NCBI GenBank assembly: GCA_003349885.1
Contig: QFXC01000002.1
Location: 3,850-67,849, forward strand
From: an endosymbiont of Galathealinum brachiosum
Lineage (GTDB): Bacteria > Pseudomonadota > Gammaproteobacteria > SZUA-229
Direction: 5' to 3'
Length of the DNA stretch: 64,000 nt
The notes beneath the pieces were generated by a model. The model was not told where the DNA came from. It saw only the letters and a list, made by a program, of their open reading frames with translations, and made no database searches. Both the position numbers and the translations under genes were made by a program. Positions 21,904 to 32,577 of the stretch are shown here, in pieces; within the stretch, counting starts at the first letter, position 1; every line of letters begins with the position of its first letter.

Positions 21904-22041
21904 CTGCATTTTAATCTCCCCCCTTAACATGCCTGAGACACTACAGTTTACAAGTTACAGGTGTTATCACGAGCAAAGTTAATAAATACGTCAAAAGTTT
22001 GCTATTATCTGTCTGCATTATCAACTTCTGGAGTATTTGTC

Positions 22042-22602
22042 ATGATTGGTAAAAAGAACATTGTTTTCGGTTTTTTCTATCTGGTTCTCACCGCAGCACT
22101 CGGCCCGGTTATGGTTGATATGTATAAAGACTATGGCGCTGCATCAGGCGAGAAACAGACAGCGGTTAGTCGAATTCAGTTATTGAAGCAAAATGACTTC
22201 GAGGAAGATCTTGAGCCATTAAACGGTGAGCAGATAGCAAAAGCAAACGTTGACACTATTTTAAGTTTAAACAAACTAATGCATATTGAATCATCTATAG
22301 ATCGCATCAAAGGCGGGGCTCATGCACATGGCAATTTAGAATCTTTATTAAATATTGTCACCGGCCTCGTTATAGGTTTTTTGGCAGTAGCCGTCTGGTT
22401 AAAACAGTTAATTAGCTGGTTATTTATTATCGGCACGATTATGCATTCCGGAATGTTATATTTATCTACTGTATTTGAATTAACATGGGCCAATACACTA
22501 CTTGAAACGGGCATAGGCCCTATTTTTATCCTGGCTGGATTATTAGTTGCCGGCATCGCAGCAGCTATTGGTTTTAAAGAACCAGCCACCAGCATTTCAT
22601 AA
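22042..22602 (+). CDS. membrane protein, hypothetical (start at MIGKKN preferred over 21961)
   Basis: GGAG RBS upstream of 22042 ATG; 4-5 TM helices. Confidence 0.4.
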   Translation: MIGKKNIVFGFFYLVLTAALGPVMVDMYKDYGAASGEKQTAVSRIQLLKQNDFEEDLEPLNGEQIAKANVDTILSLNKLMHIESSIDRIKGGAHAHGNLESLLNIVTGLVIGFLAVAVWLKQLISWLFIIGTIMHSGMLYLSTVFELTWANTLLETGIGPIFILAGLLVAGIAAAIGFKEPATSIS

Positions 22603-22617
22603 TTAAGCAAACTTAAC

Positions 22618-22662
22618 AGGGACGGAGGGATTAAAATTTAATCCCTCCGTCCCCTTTTTTTA
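22618..22662. repeat. repeat family A copy (ggggacggagggatt-loop-aatccctccgtcccc, A-run/T-run flanks)
   Basis: 16-bp perfect stem, AT loop, T-run; directly after stop of 22042..22602. Confidence 0.8.
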
Positions 22663-22671
22663 ATAAACCAG

Positions 22672-23319
22672 ATGGAACGCAAGATGATTTCAAAGATAAA
22701 TAAAGTCATATTTTTCGGCTTATTCACTGCATGCTCAATATTACTAAATGCTTGCAGCACGACACATTATATTGAAAACTGGAACGATCCGGACTACAAA
22801 GGCCCCGCTCTAAGTAAAATACTGGTTATTGGTGTGATTAATAAGGAAGAAAACAGACGCAAATTTGAAGATGAGTTTTCTGAGCTACTGACCACACAAA
22901 ATAGAACAGGCATTACTAGTTACTCACTAATACCAGATTTGAAAAACAATGGAAACAAGGAAACCGTCCTTGATGTGGTTGAAAAAGTAGGTGCTGATGG
23001 TGTGCTTATTGTCACCACACATGGTTTAATTCAGAAGGATCGTGTGACTGCAGGATCTGTTGATTATATTCCAAATATGGGACGAAATTATGGCATGTAT
23101 GGCTACTACAACCTGTCTCATTCGTTTGTTTATACTCAGGGAAACACGGTAACCGACTCTCTATTAAAAATAGATACAAAATTATATAACGTGTCTACTG
23201 AAAAAATGATCTGGTCAGCTAAAACAGAAAGTTTTAACCCGACTTCTACTGAAGAAATAATCGCAGAACTTGAAAATCTGGTAGTTAGTGATATGGAAGC
23301 AAGTAATATGATTAAATAA
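22672..23319 (+). CDS. lipoprotein, hypothetical
   Basis: lipobox LLNAC after signal. Confidence 0.4.
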   Translation: MERKMISKINKVIFFGLFTACSILLNACSTTHYIENWNDPDYKGPALSKILVIGVINKEENRRKFEDEFSELLTTQNRTGITSYSLIPDLKNNGNKETVLDVVEKVGADGVLIVTTHGLIQKDRVTAGSVDYIPNMGRNYGMYGYYNLSHSFVYTQGNTVTDSLLKIDTKLYNVSTEKMIWSAKTESFNPTSTEEIIAELENLVVSDMEASNMIK

Positions 23320-23368
23320 TTACGTAGGAGTTATCCAAATCTATCAACATGGGCTGACGATGTAAATT

Positions 23369-23414
23369 AAAAAGGGGACGGAGGGATTAAAAATTATTCC
23401 CTCCGTCCCCTTTA
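23369..23414. repeat. repeat family A copy
   Basis: aaaaggggacggagggattaaaaattattccctccgtcccc. Confidence 0.8.
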
Positions 23415-23487
23415 TTCTTATTTCGCATCGTTTTTTACTTTGTCAACTGAAGCTAACTCCTACAGTCACTCTGCTTTCCCCCCTCTT

Positions 23488-24498
23488 TTACCCTGGCTGC
23501 ATCCGACTGCCAAATTGTTGACGATAAGACTCCATTGTCATCTCCATCTGTTTTTTAAACAAACGCCTAAAACTACTTTCGTCTTTATACCCTACTTCAT
23601 AAACAATTTTAGTTGAGGGTAATTGTGTGAGTTCTAATAAATTGCATGCACGATTTATACGAATGGTTTGTAAATATTGTAAAGGCGAACATTGCAGTGA
23701 TTTTACAAAACGTCGAGTGAGTTGCCGGTCACTTATATTTAACATGTTTGACAGGCTGTTAAAATTTATTTCTTCATGGCTATGTTTTTCAATGTGGCGC
23801 TGTGCACGTAACACAAGCTCATCTGCATGATCGGTTGTTTCTACATTGGTTCTAAAAGCTTTTGTTGAAGGTGCATTTAAATGCATCATTAATAATTTTG
23901 ACGTATCAACTGCCGTGCGGTGCCCTGCAAAACGTTCTACTAGATGCATCACCATGAGTTCACATGACATACTGCCACCAATAACACTAATAATATTGCC
24001 GTAATCAGCAACCGCATTATGCGTATCTATTTTTAAACCGGGAAATAAACGTCGATAAAAGGCTTCACTCTTCCAGTGCATCAGTGCTGGCAGGTTATTC
24101 ATAAGGCCGGCTTTGGCTAACAGAAACGCCCCACTACAAATACTGATTAATAACCCACCTCGATCATAATGTTTCTGTATAACTGGAATAACGGGCTCAA
24201 CTGAAGTCAGAAAACCCTCTACTCTCTCAAATGCCGATAAAGACTGAAACACAGAAGGCAATATCCAGACATCAGGCTGGGTATCAAGATTCTGGTAATT
24301 TTCAAGACTGTAATCAGGCTGAATAGTCAGGCCATTAGTTGGTGTTATGGGGTTTCCATCGATGGAGACCGTATCCCATTCAAACAGCGGTTTATGGTTA
24401 GATTTAACCAACGTGTAATTGGTGGCGATGAGAGTATCTAAAATGCTGTGGATTCCACTACCAAAGCAATTATCCATGAGTAATATCGCGATTCGCAT
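23488..24498 (-). CDS. AraC-family regulator with N-terminal DJ-1/PfpI-like domain (GlxA-type); start at MRIAILL
   Basis: DJ-1 like MRIAILLMDNCFGSG...ICSGAFLLAKAG; C-terminal AraC HTH (RRFVKSLQCSPLQYLQTIRINRACNLL). Confidence 0.7.
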   Translation of the reverse strand: MRIAILLMDNCFGSGIHSILDTLIATNYTLVKSNHKPLFEWDTVSIDGNPITPTNGLTIQPDYSLENYQNLDTQPDVWILPSVFQSLSAFERVEGFLTSVEPVIPVIQKHYDRGGLLISICSGAFLLAKAGLMNNLPALMHWKSEAFYRRLFPGLKIDTHNAVADYGNIISVIGGSMSCELMVMHLVERFAGHRTAVDTSKLLMMHLNAPSTKAFRTNVETTDHADELVLRAQRHIEKHSHEEINFNSLSNMLNISDRQLTRRFVKSLQCSPLQYLQTIRINRACNLLELTQLPSTKIVYEVGYKDESSFRRLFKKQMEMTMESYRQQFGSRMQPG

Positions 24499-24566
24499 GA
24501 CGATGTCCAATTTCACCAGTATTAAGTCAAATATGACACTTATCAACACCTAAATCAACTGAGATA

Positions 24567-25556
24567 ATGAATTCCAGTCTAAAGACAAAAACTACAGCCA
24601 AACTACAGGATGGGTTCGAAATGTCACATCAAACACTAACCGTTGATAAAACCATGAAAACCAGAAAGCCTAAGTTAGCATCAGCATCACGCGATAAACG
24701 TGTTATTCCCTTTAGTTATCAAATGCTCGGCATCGTTTTAAATTTTGTTTCACACGTTAGAAACGAATGGGCAGCAAAAATCATCAGTGATATCTGGTTT
24801 ACCGTATTTAAAACCAAAGCCAAACCCTGGACAGTTAAGTTCTGGCAACAGGCTGATAGCTGCACAGAGGTTCAGGTAAAAGACAAAATAATACAGGTGC
24901 ATTTATGGGGCGAAGGCCCGCTGGTAGTCATGATGCACGGCTGGAGTGGCTCGGGCTTTCAGTTTCGTAAGTTCATACCCGGGCTGGTTAAAGCAGGTTA
25001 TCAGGTAGCCTCATTTGATGCACCGGCACACGGTGTTAACCCTGGCAAGCAAACTCACCTGCTTGAGTTTTGCGATACCCTGGTCGCCATTCAACAACAG
25101 ATAGGTAAGGTTGATACGGTAATGGCACATTCATTTGGAGGTATGGCTGCGGTTGTGGCAACACAACGTGGCTTTTCACCGAAACAGATGGTATTAATCG
25201 GGCCTCATCTCGATGCCCATGAAATGCACCAGACCTACAGTGATGTATTAAACCTTAACCCCAAATTAGCACAGCGTTTTCGCGATATTATTGAACAGCG
25301 AATGATCGATATTCTTGAGGTTGATGATGTCTGGAATTACCTGTCACCCGCCAGTTTATTAGAAGAGAACAACTGCAAAGGCATGTTAATTTATGACCTG
25401 AATGATGAAGAAATTCCGCAGCATCAGTTCAAAGCGGTAGATAAACACTGGACAGATTGTCAGACAATTGAAACCGAAGGGCTTGGACATCACCGCATAT
25501 TAAAAGATAAAAAAGTCATTGAAGACGTATTATTTTTTATGGGTGAGTCAGCTTAG
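24567..25556 (+). CDS. alpha/beta-fold hydrolase
   Basis: VMMHGWSGSG oxyanion region and AHSFGG nucleophile elbow; start may be internal. Confidence 0.55.
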   Translation: MNSSLKTKTTAKLQDGFEMSHQTLTVDKTMKTRKPKLASASRDKRVIPFSYQMLGIVLNFVSHVRNEWAAKIISDIWFTVFKTKAKPWTVKFWQQADSCTEVQVKDKIIQVHLWGEGPLVVMMHGWSGSGFQFRKFIPGLVKAGYQVASFDAPAHGVNPGKQTHLLEFCDTLVAIQQQIGKVDTVMAHSFGGMAAVVATQRGFSPKQMVLIGPHLDAHEMHQTYSDVLNLNPKLAQRFRDIIEQRMIDILEVDDVWNYLSPASLLEENNCKGMLIYDLNDEEIPQHQFKAVDKHWTDCQTIETEGLGHHRILKDKKVIEDVLFFMGESA

Positions 25557-25570
25557 ATAAAAACTGATAA

Positions 25571-25614
25571 ACAAAAAGGGCGGAGAGATTATTCTTTAAT
25601 CTCTCCGCCCCTTC
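25571..25614. repeat. repeat family A variant copy (gggcggagagatt...aatctctccgccc)
   Basis: compensatory changes keep the stem paired. Confidence 0.7.
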
Positions 25615-25631
25615 TTACACTCTTAATGAAT

Positions 25632-26186
25632 TTAGTTAGTAAATAAATTACCCAATGCAGACTCACAGGGTATCCACATATGGTTCGAGTCAAACACAAC
25701 CCAGTCCTCTTTATCTTTTATGAGTGAGAACAGTTCATTTGAAATAACCAGACCTTCAGTTGGTTCTATATCTACAATTTTTCCCTGCTCATTGTAAATA
25801 AGAAAATCATATAATTTACCTATTTCCCATCCCACCAAAGCGATTTGATATTTAGGCAGGTCCTTTATAAATTCATACATATGAAGACTAAGATTAAAAC
25901 ATTCCTTATCATCAACTTTATGCATAAAGTCACCATCATCAAACGGAACTGCTAAACCAACATTCTTAGGAATAATATTTAACTGATCCTCACATACACC
26001 GTCAATGCCATGAAATGCATTGTCTAAAGGGTGGAAATGAATATTTTTATAGGGTGTTACCTTTTCATCAAGAAGAGATGAAAACTCGTGAACATTAATG
26101 GTTTCGTCTAAAAAACTAATTTGCATGTCAAAACAGATAGCCATAACTTTCTCATTTATAGAACAGCCGTGCATGGGTAAAAACAA
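25632..26186 (-). CDS. hypothetical protein
   Basis: ORF only. Confidence 0.3.
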   Translation of the reverse strand: MFLPMHGCSINEKVMAICFDMQISFLDETINVHEFSSLLDEKVTPYKNIHFHPLDNAFHGIDGVCEDQLNIIPKNVGLAVPFDDGDFMHKVDDKECFNLSLHMYEFIKDLPKYQIALVGWEIGKLYDFLIYNEQGKIVDIEPTEGLVISNELFSLIKDKEDWVVFDSNHMWIPCESALGNLFTN

Positions 26187-26450
26187 ATCTAGTCAAACTA
26201 TATAGAAAAAATTAACACTTAAACCTGAACCAGTTCAAACATTGAAACTCCGTGCACGCTTATTTAATGATCAGCATAACCATAGAATTTTCTAATATTA
26301 GGAATTATTAAATTTGATACTGATTAAAGTATAAATACTATGAAGTCAGCGACCACAATGAACTGTTGAACATAAATTACAGCAAATAAAAAGCCGGTTA
26401 CATATAACACCGTTAAGTATCATTAGTAACCGGCCCTGAAAAATTAGCGC

Positions 26451-26870
26451 TTATACTTTTCTTGCCATTTTATCTGCTTCACGTTCAAGGCTTGCATCAT
26501 TCACAATATTAAGGCCGGATGAAGCAGCGTTAATGCGAATAACCTGAGCATCACTTGGCCCTGACATAGATGCCTGAACAGCGGTACCATTCATTTGGAA
26601 TGTTGGTTTTACCCTGCCCTGCTTTTGCTGCACAACATGCCAGGCTTCATGGGGTAAATATCTCTCCTGACCAGGCCCAATATGAATATCAGTTCCCTGC
26701 GCATACGCAAGCGCTCCAATTTGAGCTGGCTTAGGGCTATTATAATGAACTTTTACATTATCAAGACTTAAACCAGAAAGACTCTCCATGCCTGATTTAA
26801 GTTTATCAGGTAGACCCGTTTTGTTTTGCATTAGTACCCGCTCCTTATAATATAATGTCATTTGAAACAT
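26451..26870 (-). CDS. stand-alone DUF4157 (metallopeptidase-like HExxH) domain protein
   Basis: LPDKLKSGMESLSGLSLDNVKVHYNS...GTDIHIGPGQERYLPHEAWHVVQQ matches the DUF4157 signature normally found at N-termini of polymorphic toxins/eCIS cargo. Confidence 0.6.
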   Translation of the reverse strand: MFQMTLYYKERVLMQNKTGLPDKLKSGMESLSGLSLDNVKVHYNSPKPAQIGALAYAQGTDIHIGPGQERYLPHEAWHVVQQKQGRVKPTFQMNGTAVQASMSGPSDAQVIRINAASSGLNIVNDASLEREADKMARKV

Positions 26871-26890
26871 TAACTATACGCCATATTTAT

Positions 26891-26936
26891 AAAAAGGGGA
26901 CGGAGGGATTATAATATAATCCCTCCGTCCCCTTTT
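26891..26936. repeat. repeat family A copy
   Basis: aaaaaggggacggagggattataatataatccctccgtcccctttt. Confidence 0.8.
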
Positions 26937-26976
26937 CTAATAACCATGCCTGATCAATAAGGAATAAACGAAGCGG

Positions 26977-27609
26977 TCAAGCTGATTTCAAAGGTGGCAA
27001 ACAGTCTTTATATTCGCGCTGTATCTTACTTATTCGAGTAGCCGCACTTTTATCACCCGATACAATACCCAGCAACATGCCGCTCATAATTGATAAAGCA
27101 TTTGAGTTTTGTAAAATTTGAATGATGAGATGTATCGGGTAACCGGAATCATGTCGATTCACAGCATGTATGCCGCAATGCACAAATGAATTCATTGCTT
27201 TACCCGACACACCTTTAAACTCATTTAACATTTGAGTGGCCGGCCTGGGCGCTTTTTCATTAATCTGTTTAAGCATTAAACTGAGAATCGGCATATTACT
27301 CGCCTTCTGCTCAGTCTCTGGTGTTAACTCCACTGCTAATTTAGAAACAGCTGTATCACTTGCCGCATATAATAACCAGACAGCACGCACAATGGCTTCA
27401 TATTGTAAGCGCATCAAACCAATAGCAGATGTAAAATTACCCGCCTCTATTAATATCCTTGCACTATTCGCATACTCGAGTGAAATGCTACACACGGTGC
27501 GCGTAACCGTTAACCGGTCAGAGTCATCAAAGAGATCCATATCCAGAAACGGAACCAGGACTCTCTCAAGCTCAATAGAGCGCTCTATTATATGTTTAAT
27601 ATCTACCAT
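26977..27609 (-). CDS. hypothetical protein adjacent to DUF4157 gene
   Basis: ORF only. Confidence 0.3.
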   Translation of the reverse strand: MVDIKHIIERSIELERVLVPFLDMDLFDDSDRLTVTRTVCSISLEYANSARILIEAGNFTSAIGLMRLQYEAIVRAVWLLYAASDTAVSKLAVELTPETEQKASNMPILSLMLKQINEKAPRPATQMLNEFKGVSGKAMNSFVHCGIHAVNRHDSGYPIHLIIQILQNSNALSIMSGMLLGIVSGDKSAATRISKIQREYKDCLPPLKSA

Positions 27610-27752
27610 GTGTATTTAGCAAACGTTTACTTAACTGTTTTAATTTAAACTAATGTCTGATTCATCTAAAACCAGCTGACAACCATTATATTACTACTAT
27701 AAATGGGGCTAGATCCAATTTATTAACATCAATTACTTCACCACCAATCTCA

Positions 27753-28583
27753 TTAATTCTTTGATATTTTTTCTAACATACCTTCTATTTTAATTAATCG
27801 CTGATCCATCTCTCGCGTTCTTGCTTCTATGATATGCACTTCACCCGCTTCGCCTTCTCCATTTTCACGGTCATTTTTCTGATGCTCAGTTTGTAAGGTT
27901 TCTAATACTATTCCAATCATCATATTTAAAAAAACAAATGCAACAATAAAAATAAATGATAAATAAAATAACCAGCTAAGCGGGTAAACCTCCATTGTTT
28001 CATACATTACATCTGTCCAGTCTTCAAATGTAGCTATACGAAATAACGTCAACATTGATATAGAAATATTTTCCCAGAGCACAGGGTTAATATTTGCAAA
28101 AAATATACTGCCCATCGCGGCATATATATAGAAAAATATAAACATTAATAAAGAGACATATCCCATGCGCGGAATAGCCGTGACAAATGCTGCCAGTAAT
28201 ACTCGCAATTCAGGAATGATAGATATAAGCCTCAATACACGAAATATTCGTAACAGGCGGCCCAACATTGCAGCCTCTCCATTTTCTATCGGGAGAACAC
28301 TGGCCATCACAATTATAAAATCAAATACATTCCAGGCTTTACTAAAAAACCTGAACAGATTCTTTTCCGCTAACATGCGAATAACAATTTCAAAAAGAAA
28401 TATTGCGGTAACTGCAATATCTAAAACTTTTAACATATTAAGCGCAGCAGGTGAAATAGCATACGTTTTTGCGCCAATAACTAAAGCCGAAACAAGAATG
28501 ACGAGGATCACAAATGTTTCGAATATTTTATTCTCACGTAAATGAACTAAACGCGCTTGAAGGGCCTGAAAATCTAAAGACAT
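27753..28583 (-). CDS. single-domain voltage-gated ion channel, paralog of 4259..5062
   Basis: LGRLLRIFRVLRLISIIPELR S4; LTLFRIATFEDWTDVMYET pore; same architecture as first copy. Confidence 0.7.
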   Translation of the reverse strand: MSLDFQALQARLVHLRENKIFETFVILVILVSALVIGAKTYAISPAALNMLKVLDIAVTAIFLFEIVIRMLAEKNLFRFFSKAWNVFDFIIVMASVLPIENGEAAMLGRLLRIFRVLRLISIIPELRVLLAAFVTAIPRMGYVSLLMFIFFYIYAAMGSIFFANINPVLWENISISMLTLFRIATFEDWTDVMYETMEVYPLSWLFYLSFIFIVAFVFLNMMIGIVLETLQTEHQKNDRENGEGEAGEVHIIEARTREMDQRLIKIEGMLEKISKN

Positions 28584-28635
28584 ATAAAACTACAACTTAA
28601 CAATAAAAATGGGCGAATTATAACTGAAATAACAT

Positions 28636-28681
28636 AAAAAGGGGACGGAGGGATTATTTTTTAATCCCTCCGTCCCCTTTT
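28636..28681. repeat. repeat family A copy
   Basis: aaaaaggggacggagggattattttttaatccctccgtcccctttt. Confidence 0.8.
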
Positions 28682-28798
28682 ACATCTCCATCTTCAGTTT
28701 TTTTAGACAGATGTTTATTATCAAAATAACGCATCATACCTGCTGAACCAATCACAAATAATAGAGCCAGTGAAAATACAATGACAAACAGTTTCATA

Positions 28799-31000
28799 TT
28801 ATTTCTTCTTCCGCGGCGATAAACCCGTATGCTGGGTCAGAATTTTTTTACCCTTTCCTTTACTAGAATGGGGTCGGTGTTTATGCGCAGATGCAGAGTT
28901 TTTTCTGCGCGCGGCGGAGTAATCTTTATTAGACGCTGGCTGATCTTTTGGAATTAACTGCCGGTCTGCATCACCAATTAAATCGGCACGCCCCATTCGC
29001 TTGAGCGCCTCACGTAAGAGCGGCCAGTTTGCTGAATCGTGGTAACGCAAAAAAGCCTTATGTAATTTACGCTGCTCCGGGTCTTTAACACTCTCAACCG
29101 GTTCACTTTTATAACTAACACTACGTAACGGATTTTTACCTGTGTGATACATTGCCGTGGCCGTTGCCATAGGTGATGGATAAAATGCCTGCACCTGGTC
29201 TGCCTTAAAACCATTACGTTTTAACCACAACGCCAGGTTCATCATATCTTCATCGGTTGTGCCCGGGTGTGCCGCGATAAAATACGGAATCAAATACTGA
29301 TCTTTACCCGCCTGCTTCGTATATTTTTCAAACATACGTTTAAATTTATCGTAACTCCCCATGCCGGGTTTCATCATTTTCGATAATGGCCCGTCTTCTG
29401 AATGCTCGGGTGCAATTTTTAAACAACCACCCACATGGTGAGTAACTAACTCTTTCACATATTCCGGATCACGTATCGCCAGGTCATAACGCAAACCCGA
29501 TGCAATCAATACTTTTTTAACACCGGGCAAGTGACGTGCTTCTCGATAAATTTCCGTAAGTGCAGAATGATCGGTAATTAAGTTATGACAAATACCAGGG
29601 TAAACACAACTCGGTTTACGGCAAGCCGCTTCAATTTCGCGGGTTTTACAGGCAATACGATACATATTGGCCGTTGGCCCACCTAAATCTGAAATCACAC
29701 CGGTAAAACCCGGCACCTTGTCACGAATGTCTTCTATTTCATGAATAATAGATTCTTTAGAACGGTTTTGAACAATACGTCCTTCATGCTCGGTAATAGA
29801 GCAGAACGTGCAGCCACCAAAACAGCCACGCATTATGTTTATTGAAAAACGAATCATCTCGTAAGCAGGAATTTTTTCGCCCTGATATTGCGGGTGCGGC
29901 ACACGTGCAAATGGCATTGCAAACACATAATCCATTTCATCCATGGTGAGTGGAATGGGTGGTGAATTTAACCAGACATCAACCTTGCCATGTTTCTGCA
30001 CCAGCGCACGTGCATTGCCCGGGTTGGTTTCAAGGTGCAAAACACGATTGGCATGCGCATATAAAGACGCATCATTACTCACTTTTTCAAATGCAGGCAA
30101 ACGGATGACACTTTGACTGCGATCTAGTTTTATTTTCTTAAGCTCAACTTCCTCACCCTGCTCATTATACTGAGCACCATAAAAAGCATTATCACGGCGT
30201 TCACGTTCACAGTCGCTCATATCCTGCGTATTTATATATGGATTTACAATTTTATCTATTTTTCCCGGGCGATCGATGCGAGTAGAATCAATTTCCATCC
30301 AGCCTTCGGGGGTATCTCGTCGCACAAATGAGGTGCCGCGCACATCCGTAATCTGCTCAATACTCTCTCCCTGTGCAAGCCGATGGGCTACCTCAACAAT
30401 CGCCCGTTCCGCATTTCCGTATAACAACATGTCGGCGGTTGCATCCACCAGAATTGAGCGCCGCACTTTATCCTGCCAGTAATCATAATGCGCAATGCGA
30501 CGTAATGATGCTTCAATGCCACCCAGAATCACCGGCACGTCCGTCCAGGCCTCTTTGCAACGCTGCGCATACACAAGTGAAGAACGGTCAGGCCGTTTAC
30601 CACCGATATCACCAGGTGTATAAGCATCATCGTTACGAATTTTACGATCAGCCGTATAACGGTTAATCATCGAATCCATATTGCCCGCAGCCACACCAAA
30701 AAACAGATTAGGTTTGCCCAGCACTTCGAAAGCGTCTTTAGAGTCCCATTCAGGCTGTGAAATAATGCCAACACGAAAGCCCTGCCCTTCAAGCAGGCGG
30801 CCAATAATAGCCATGCCAAATGAGGGATGATCGACATAAGCATCCCCGGTAACAATTATAATGTCACATGAATCCCAGCCCAGTGCATCCATCTCAGCGC
30901 GGCTGGTTGGGAGAAAGTCGGCAGTGCCATAACACTCGGCCCAGTATTTTGGATAGTCGAACAGGGCTGTTCTGGCAACGGGGACGGAAATAGCGGACAT
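28799..31000 (-). CDS. ygiQ: YgiQ-family radical SAM protein (UPF0313)
   Basis: 733 aa; CFGGCTFCS radical SAM CxxxCxxC; N-terminal block collinear with E. coli YgiQ. Confidence 0.85.
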   Translation of the reverse strand: MSAISVPVARTALFDYPKYWAECYGTADFLPTSRAEMDALGWDSCDIIIVTGDAYVDHPSFGMAIIGRLLEGQGFRVGIISQPEWDSKDAFEVLGKPNLFFGVAAGNMDSMINRYTADRKIRNDDAYTPGDIGGKRPDRSSLVYAQRCKEAWTDVPVILGGIEASLRRIAHYDYWQDKVRRSILVDATADMLLYGNAERAIVEVAHRLAQGESIEQITDVRGTSFVRRDTPEGWMEIDSTRIDRPGKIDKIVNPYINTQDMSDCERERRDNAFYGAQYNEQGEEVELKKIKLDRSQSVIRLPAFEKVSNDASLYAHANRVLHLETNPGNARALVQKHGKVDVWLNSPPIPLTMDEMDYVFAMPFARVPHPQYQGEKIPAYEMIRFSINIMRGCFGGCTFCSITEHEGRIVQNRSKESIIHEIEDIRDKVPGFTGVISDLGGPTANMYRIACKTREIEAACRKPSCVYPGICHNLITDHSALTEIYREARHLPGVKKVLIASGLRYDLAIRDPEYVKELVTHHVGGCLKIAPEHSEDGPLSKMMKPGMGSYDKFKRMFEKYTKQAGKDQYLIPYFIAAHPGTTDEDMMNLALWLKRNGFKADQVQAFYPSPMATATAMYHTGKNPLRSVSYKSEPVESVKDPEQRKLHKAFLRYHDSANWPLLREALKRMGRADLIGDADRQLIPKDQPASNKDYSAARRKNSASAHKHRPHSSKGKGKKILTQHTGLSPRKKK

Positions 31001-31283
31001 AGAGAAATTACTTAGTTGAAAGCGCTATTATACCAAGTAATGAGCTGAAAGCGGTATGGTGATTAATATACATAAGCCCCCTGCTCAGTTTATTCATTCA
31101 AACCTGCAAAATCACTGGTTAAAAATCGAACAAATAGACGACTGTTTATGAGTGTATTTTCACACAACCCGCATTAAACTATATAAGTCGATAGCAATGT
31201 AGGTTTATCTAGGCTAATCTACCGCCGCTGGCCTACAAAGCCCGACAAATGAATACTAAAGATTGAAGATTAATTGGTGATAA

Positions 31284-31814
31284 ATGATAAGTTTTTTAGA
31301 AAACCTGCGCAAAACCTCCGGTTTATTTAAAGAAGGTAAAGAAGTAACTCAGGAGACTTCAGCCGATGTTTCAAAGATAAATGCTGAAGTAAAAGCCTCT
31401 ACAAGCATGATTAACCGAATTCAACAGGGCCACAATTTTGGCATTGTTATTGGTTTAGATATAGAAACAGCCCTGTACCGCACGCCCCCTGAGCTAAAAA
31501 TAAATAACCTGATACAGCCTTTAAGGGAAACCTTCATATTTGAAGGCACGGGCATTAATGTTATTAACGGCGTGGCGCTACTACAACATATGCAGGATAC
31601 CGGTGAAACAGAATACCCATTTGCTATAGGCTCACTACCCGCTGTTTCAGATATTCAACAAGCTGAAATTAAAAAACAGCTAAGCAGAATTTTTAACCGA
31701 ATAAGCACTGTATATGATTTAATTTCAGATGAATCAGCACACAGTAATGATAACCCGGGTGCTTTTATAAAATTCATTGATAAAATCACACTCATCAAAC
31801 AACCTGAATCATAA
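31284..31814 (+). CDS. hypothetical protein
   Basis: ORF only. Confidence 0.3.
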   Translation: MISFLENLRKTSGLFKEGKEVTQETSADVSKINAEVKASTSMINRIQQGHNFGIVIGLDIETALYRTPPELKINNLIQPLRETFIFEGTGINVINGVALLQHMQDTGETEYPFAIGSLPAVSDIQQAEIKKQLSRIFNRISTVYDLISDESAHSNDNPGAFIKFIDKITLIKQPES

Positions 31815-31820
31815 AAAACA

Positions 31821-31866
31821 AAAAAGGGGACGGAGGGATTATTATTTAATCCCTCCGTCCCCTTTT
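31821..31866. repeat. repeat family A copy
   Basis: aaaaggggacggagggattattatttaatccctccgtccccttttt. Confidence 0.8.
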
Positions 31867-31879
31867 TACCTACAACAAC

Positions 31880-32323
31880 ATGAAAATAAAACCACTCATT
31901 GGCATTGATAACATCATACTCGGCAGCTCAAAAGAGATTATTTATAATCTTCTTGGCCAACCTGACTCGACTAACAGTGATGAATGGCCTGACGGCACTA
32001 TATCTGAGGCATGGTTATATACGTCGGCAGGTTTAACGCTTAATTTCGATTCAGACGACCACTACCGGTTATCAACCATCAACTCAAATTCAAAAGATAC
32101 GACACTGGATGATTTAAAAATTATTGGAATGGATATAAATACAGTTATTAAAAACCACCCTGATATTATAGTGGATGAAGATTTATCAGAAGATGTAAAA
32201 GACTATCTCTACCCAGAAAAAGAAATTTCATTCTGGGTTGTTAAAAACATCATTGAACACATCACGATTTTTCCCGAGTATGATAACTCAACAAATTTGC
32301 CTATATGGCCTGTTACGCAATAA
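31880..32323 (+). CDS. hypothetical protein
   Basis: ORF only. Confidence 0.3.
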   Translation: MKIKPLIGIDNIILGSSKEIIYNLLGQPDSTNSDEWPDGTISEAWLYTSAGLTLNFDSDDHYRLSTINSNSKDTTLDDLKIIGMDINTVIKNHPDIIVDEDLSEDVKDYLYPEKEISFWVVKNIIEHITIFPEYDNSTNLPIWPVTQ

Positions 32324-32355
32324 AAACAGACGATTTTTATTTTAAACAGGCCGGC

Positions 32356-32577
32356 CTATTCAGAAACGCCTGAGTCAACATCCACAGCTTTACTCTGTTC
32401 AGCAATATTTTCATTTGGTGAATTTTCTTCCTCCAGCAACGCTTCTGCTTTCGCCCTGTCAGCCTTCGAAATGTAACGCTTACGCTTAGGCCGTGTATCC
32501 AGCTTGGCACGCGCACGCTTGAGGCGTTTTTTGAATAAGCCTTCTATCTTCTTTTTACGGTTCATAACCACCTTCAA
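32356..32577 (-). CDS. small highly basic protein
   Basis: K/R-rich 73 aa ORF. Confidence 0.3.
   Translation of the reverse strand: MKVVMNRKKKIEGLFKKRLKRARAKLDTRPKRKRYISKADRAKAEALLEEENSPNENIAEQSKAVDVDSGVSE

Noticed and set aside
24600-24625. gggttcgaaat resembling a tRNA T-arm
   Set aside because: It lies inside the alpha/beta-hydrolase ORF with no acceptor or anticodon stems around it.
4010-28545. Many short ORFs nested antisense or out-of-frame within confident genes: 4010..4210, 4659..4913, 5944..6213, 6646..6897, 7819..8001, 12281..12547, 14653..14991, 17912..18106, 18794..19097, 23627..23830, 27236..27619 and 28165..28545
   Set aside because: Each lies fully inside a longer ORF that has family-level support. 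Their products have no motifs. They are typical shadow ORFs.
28978-30855. Small ORFs 28978..29214, 30276..30482, 30373..30666 and 30667..30855 within ygiQ
   Set aside because: They are embedded in the well-supported YgiQ radical-SAM gene, so they are shadow ORFs.
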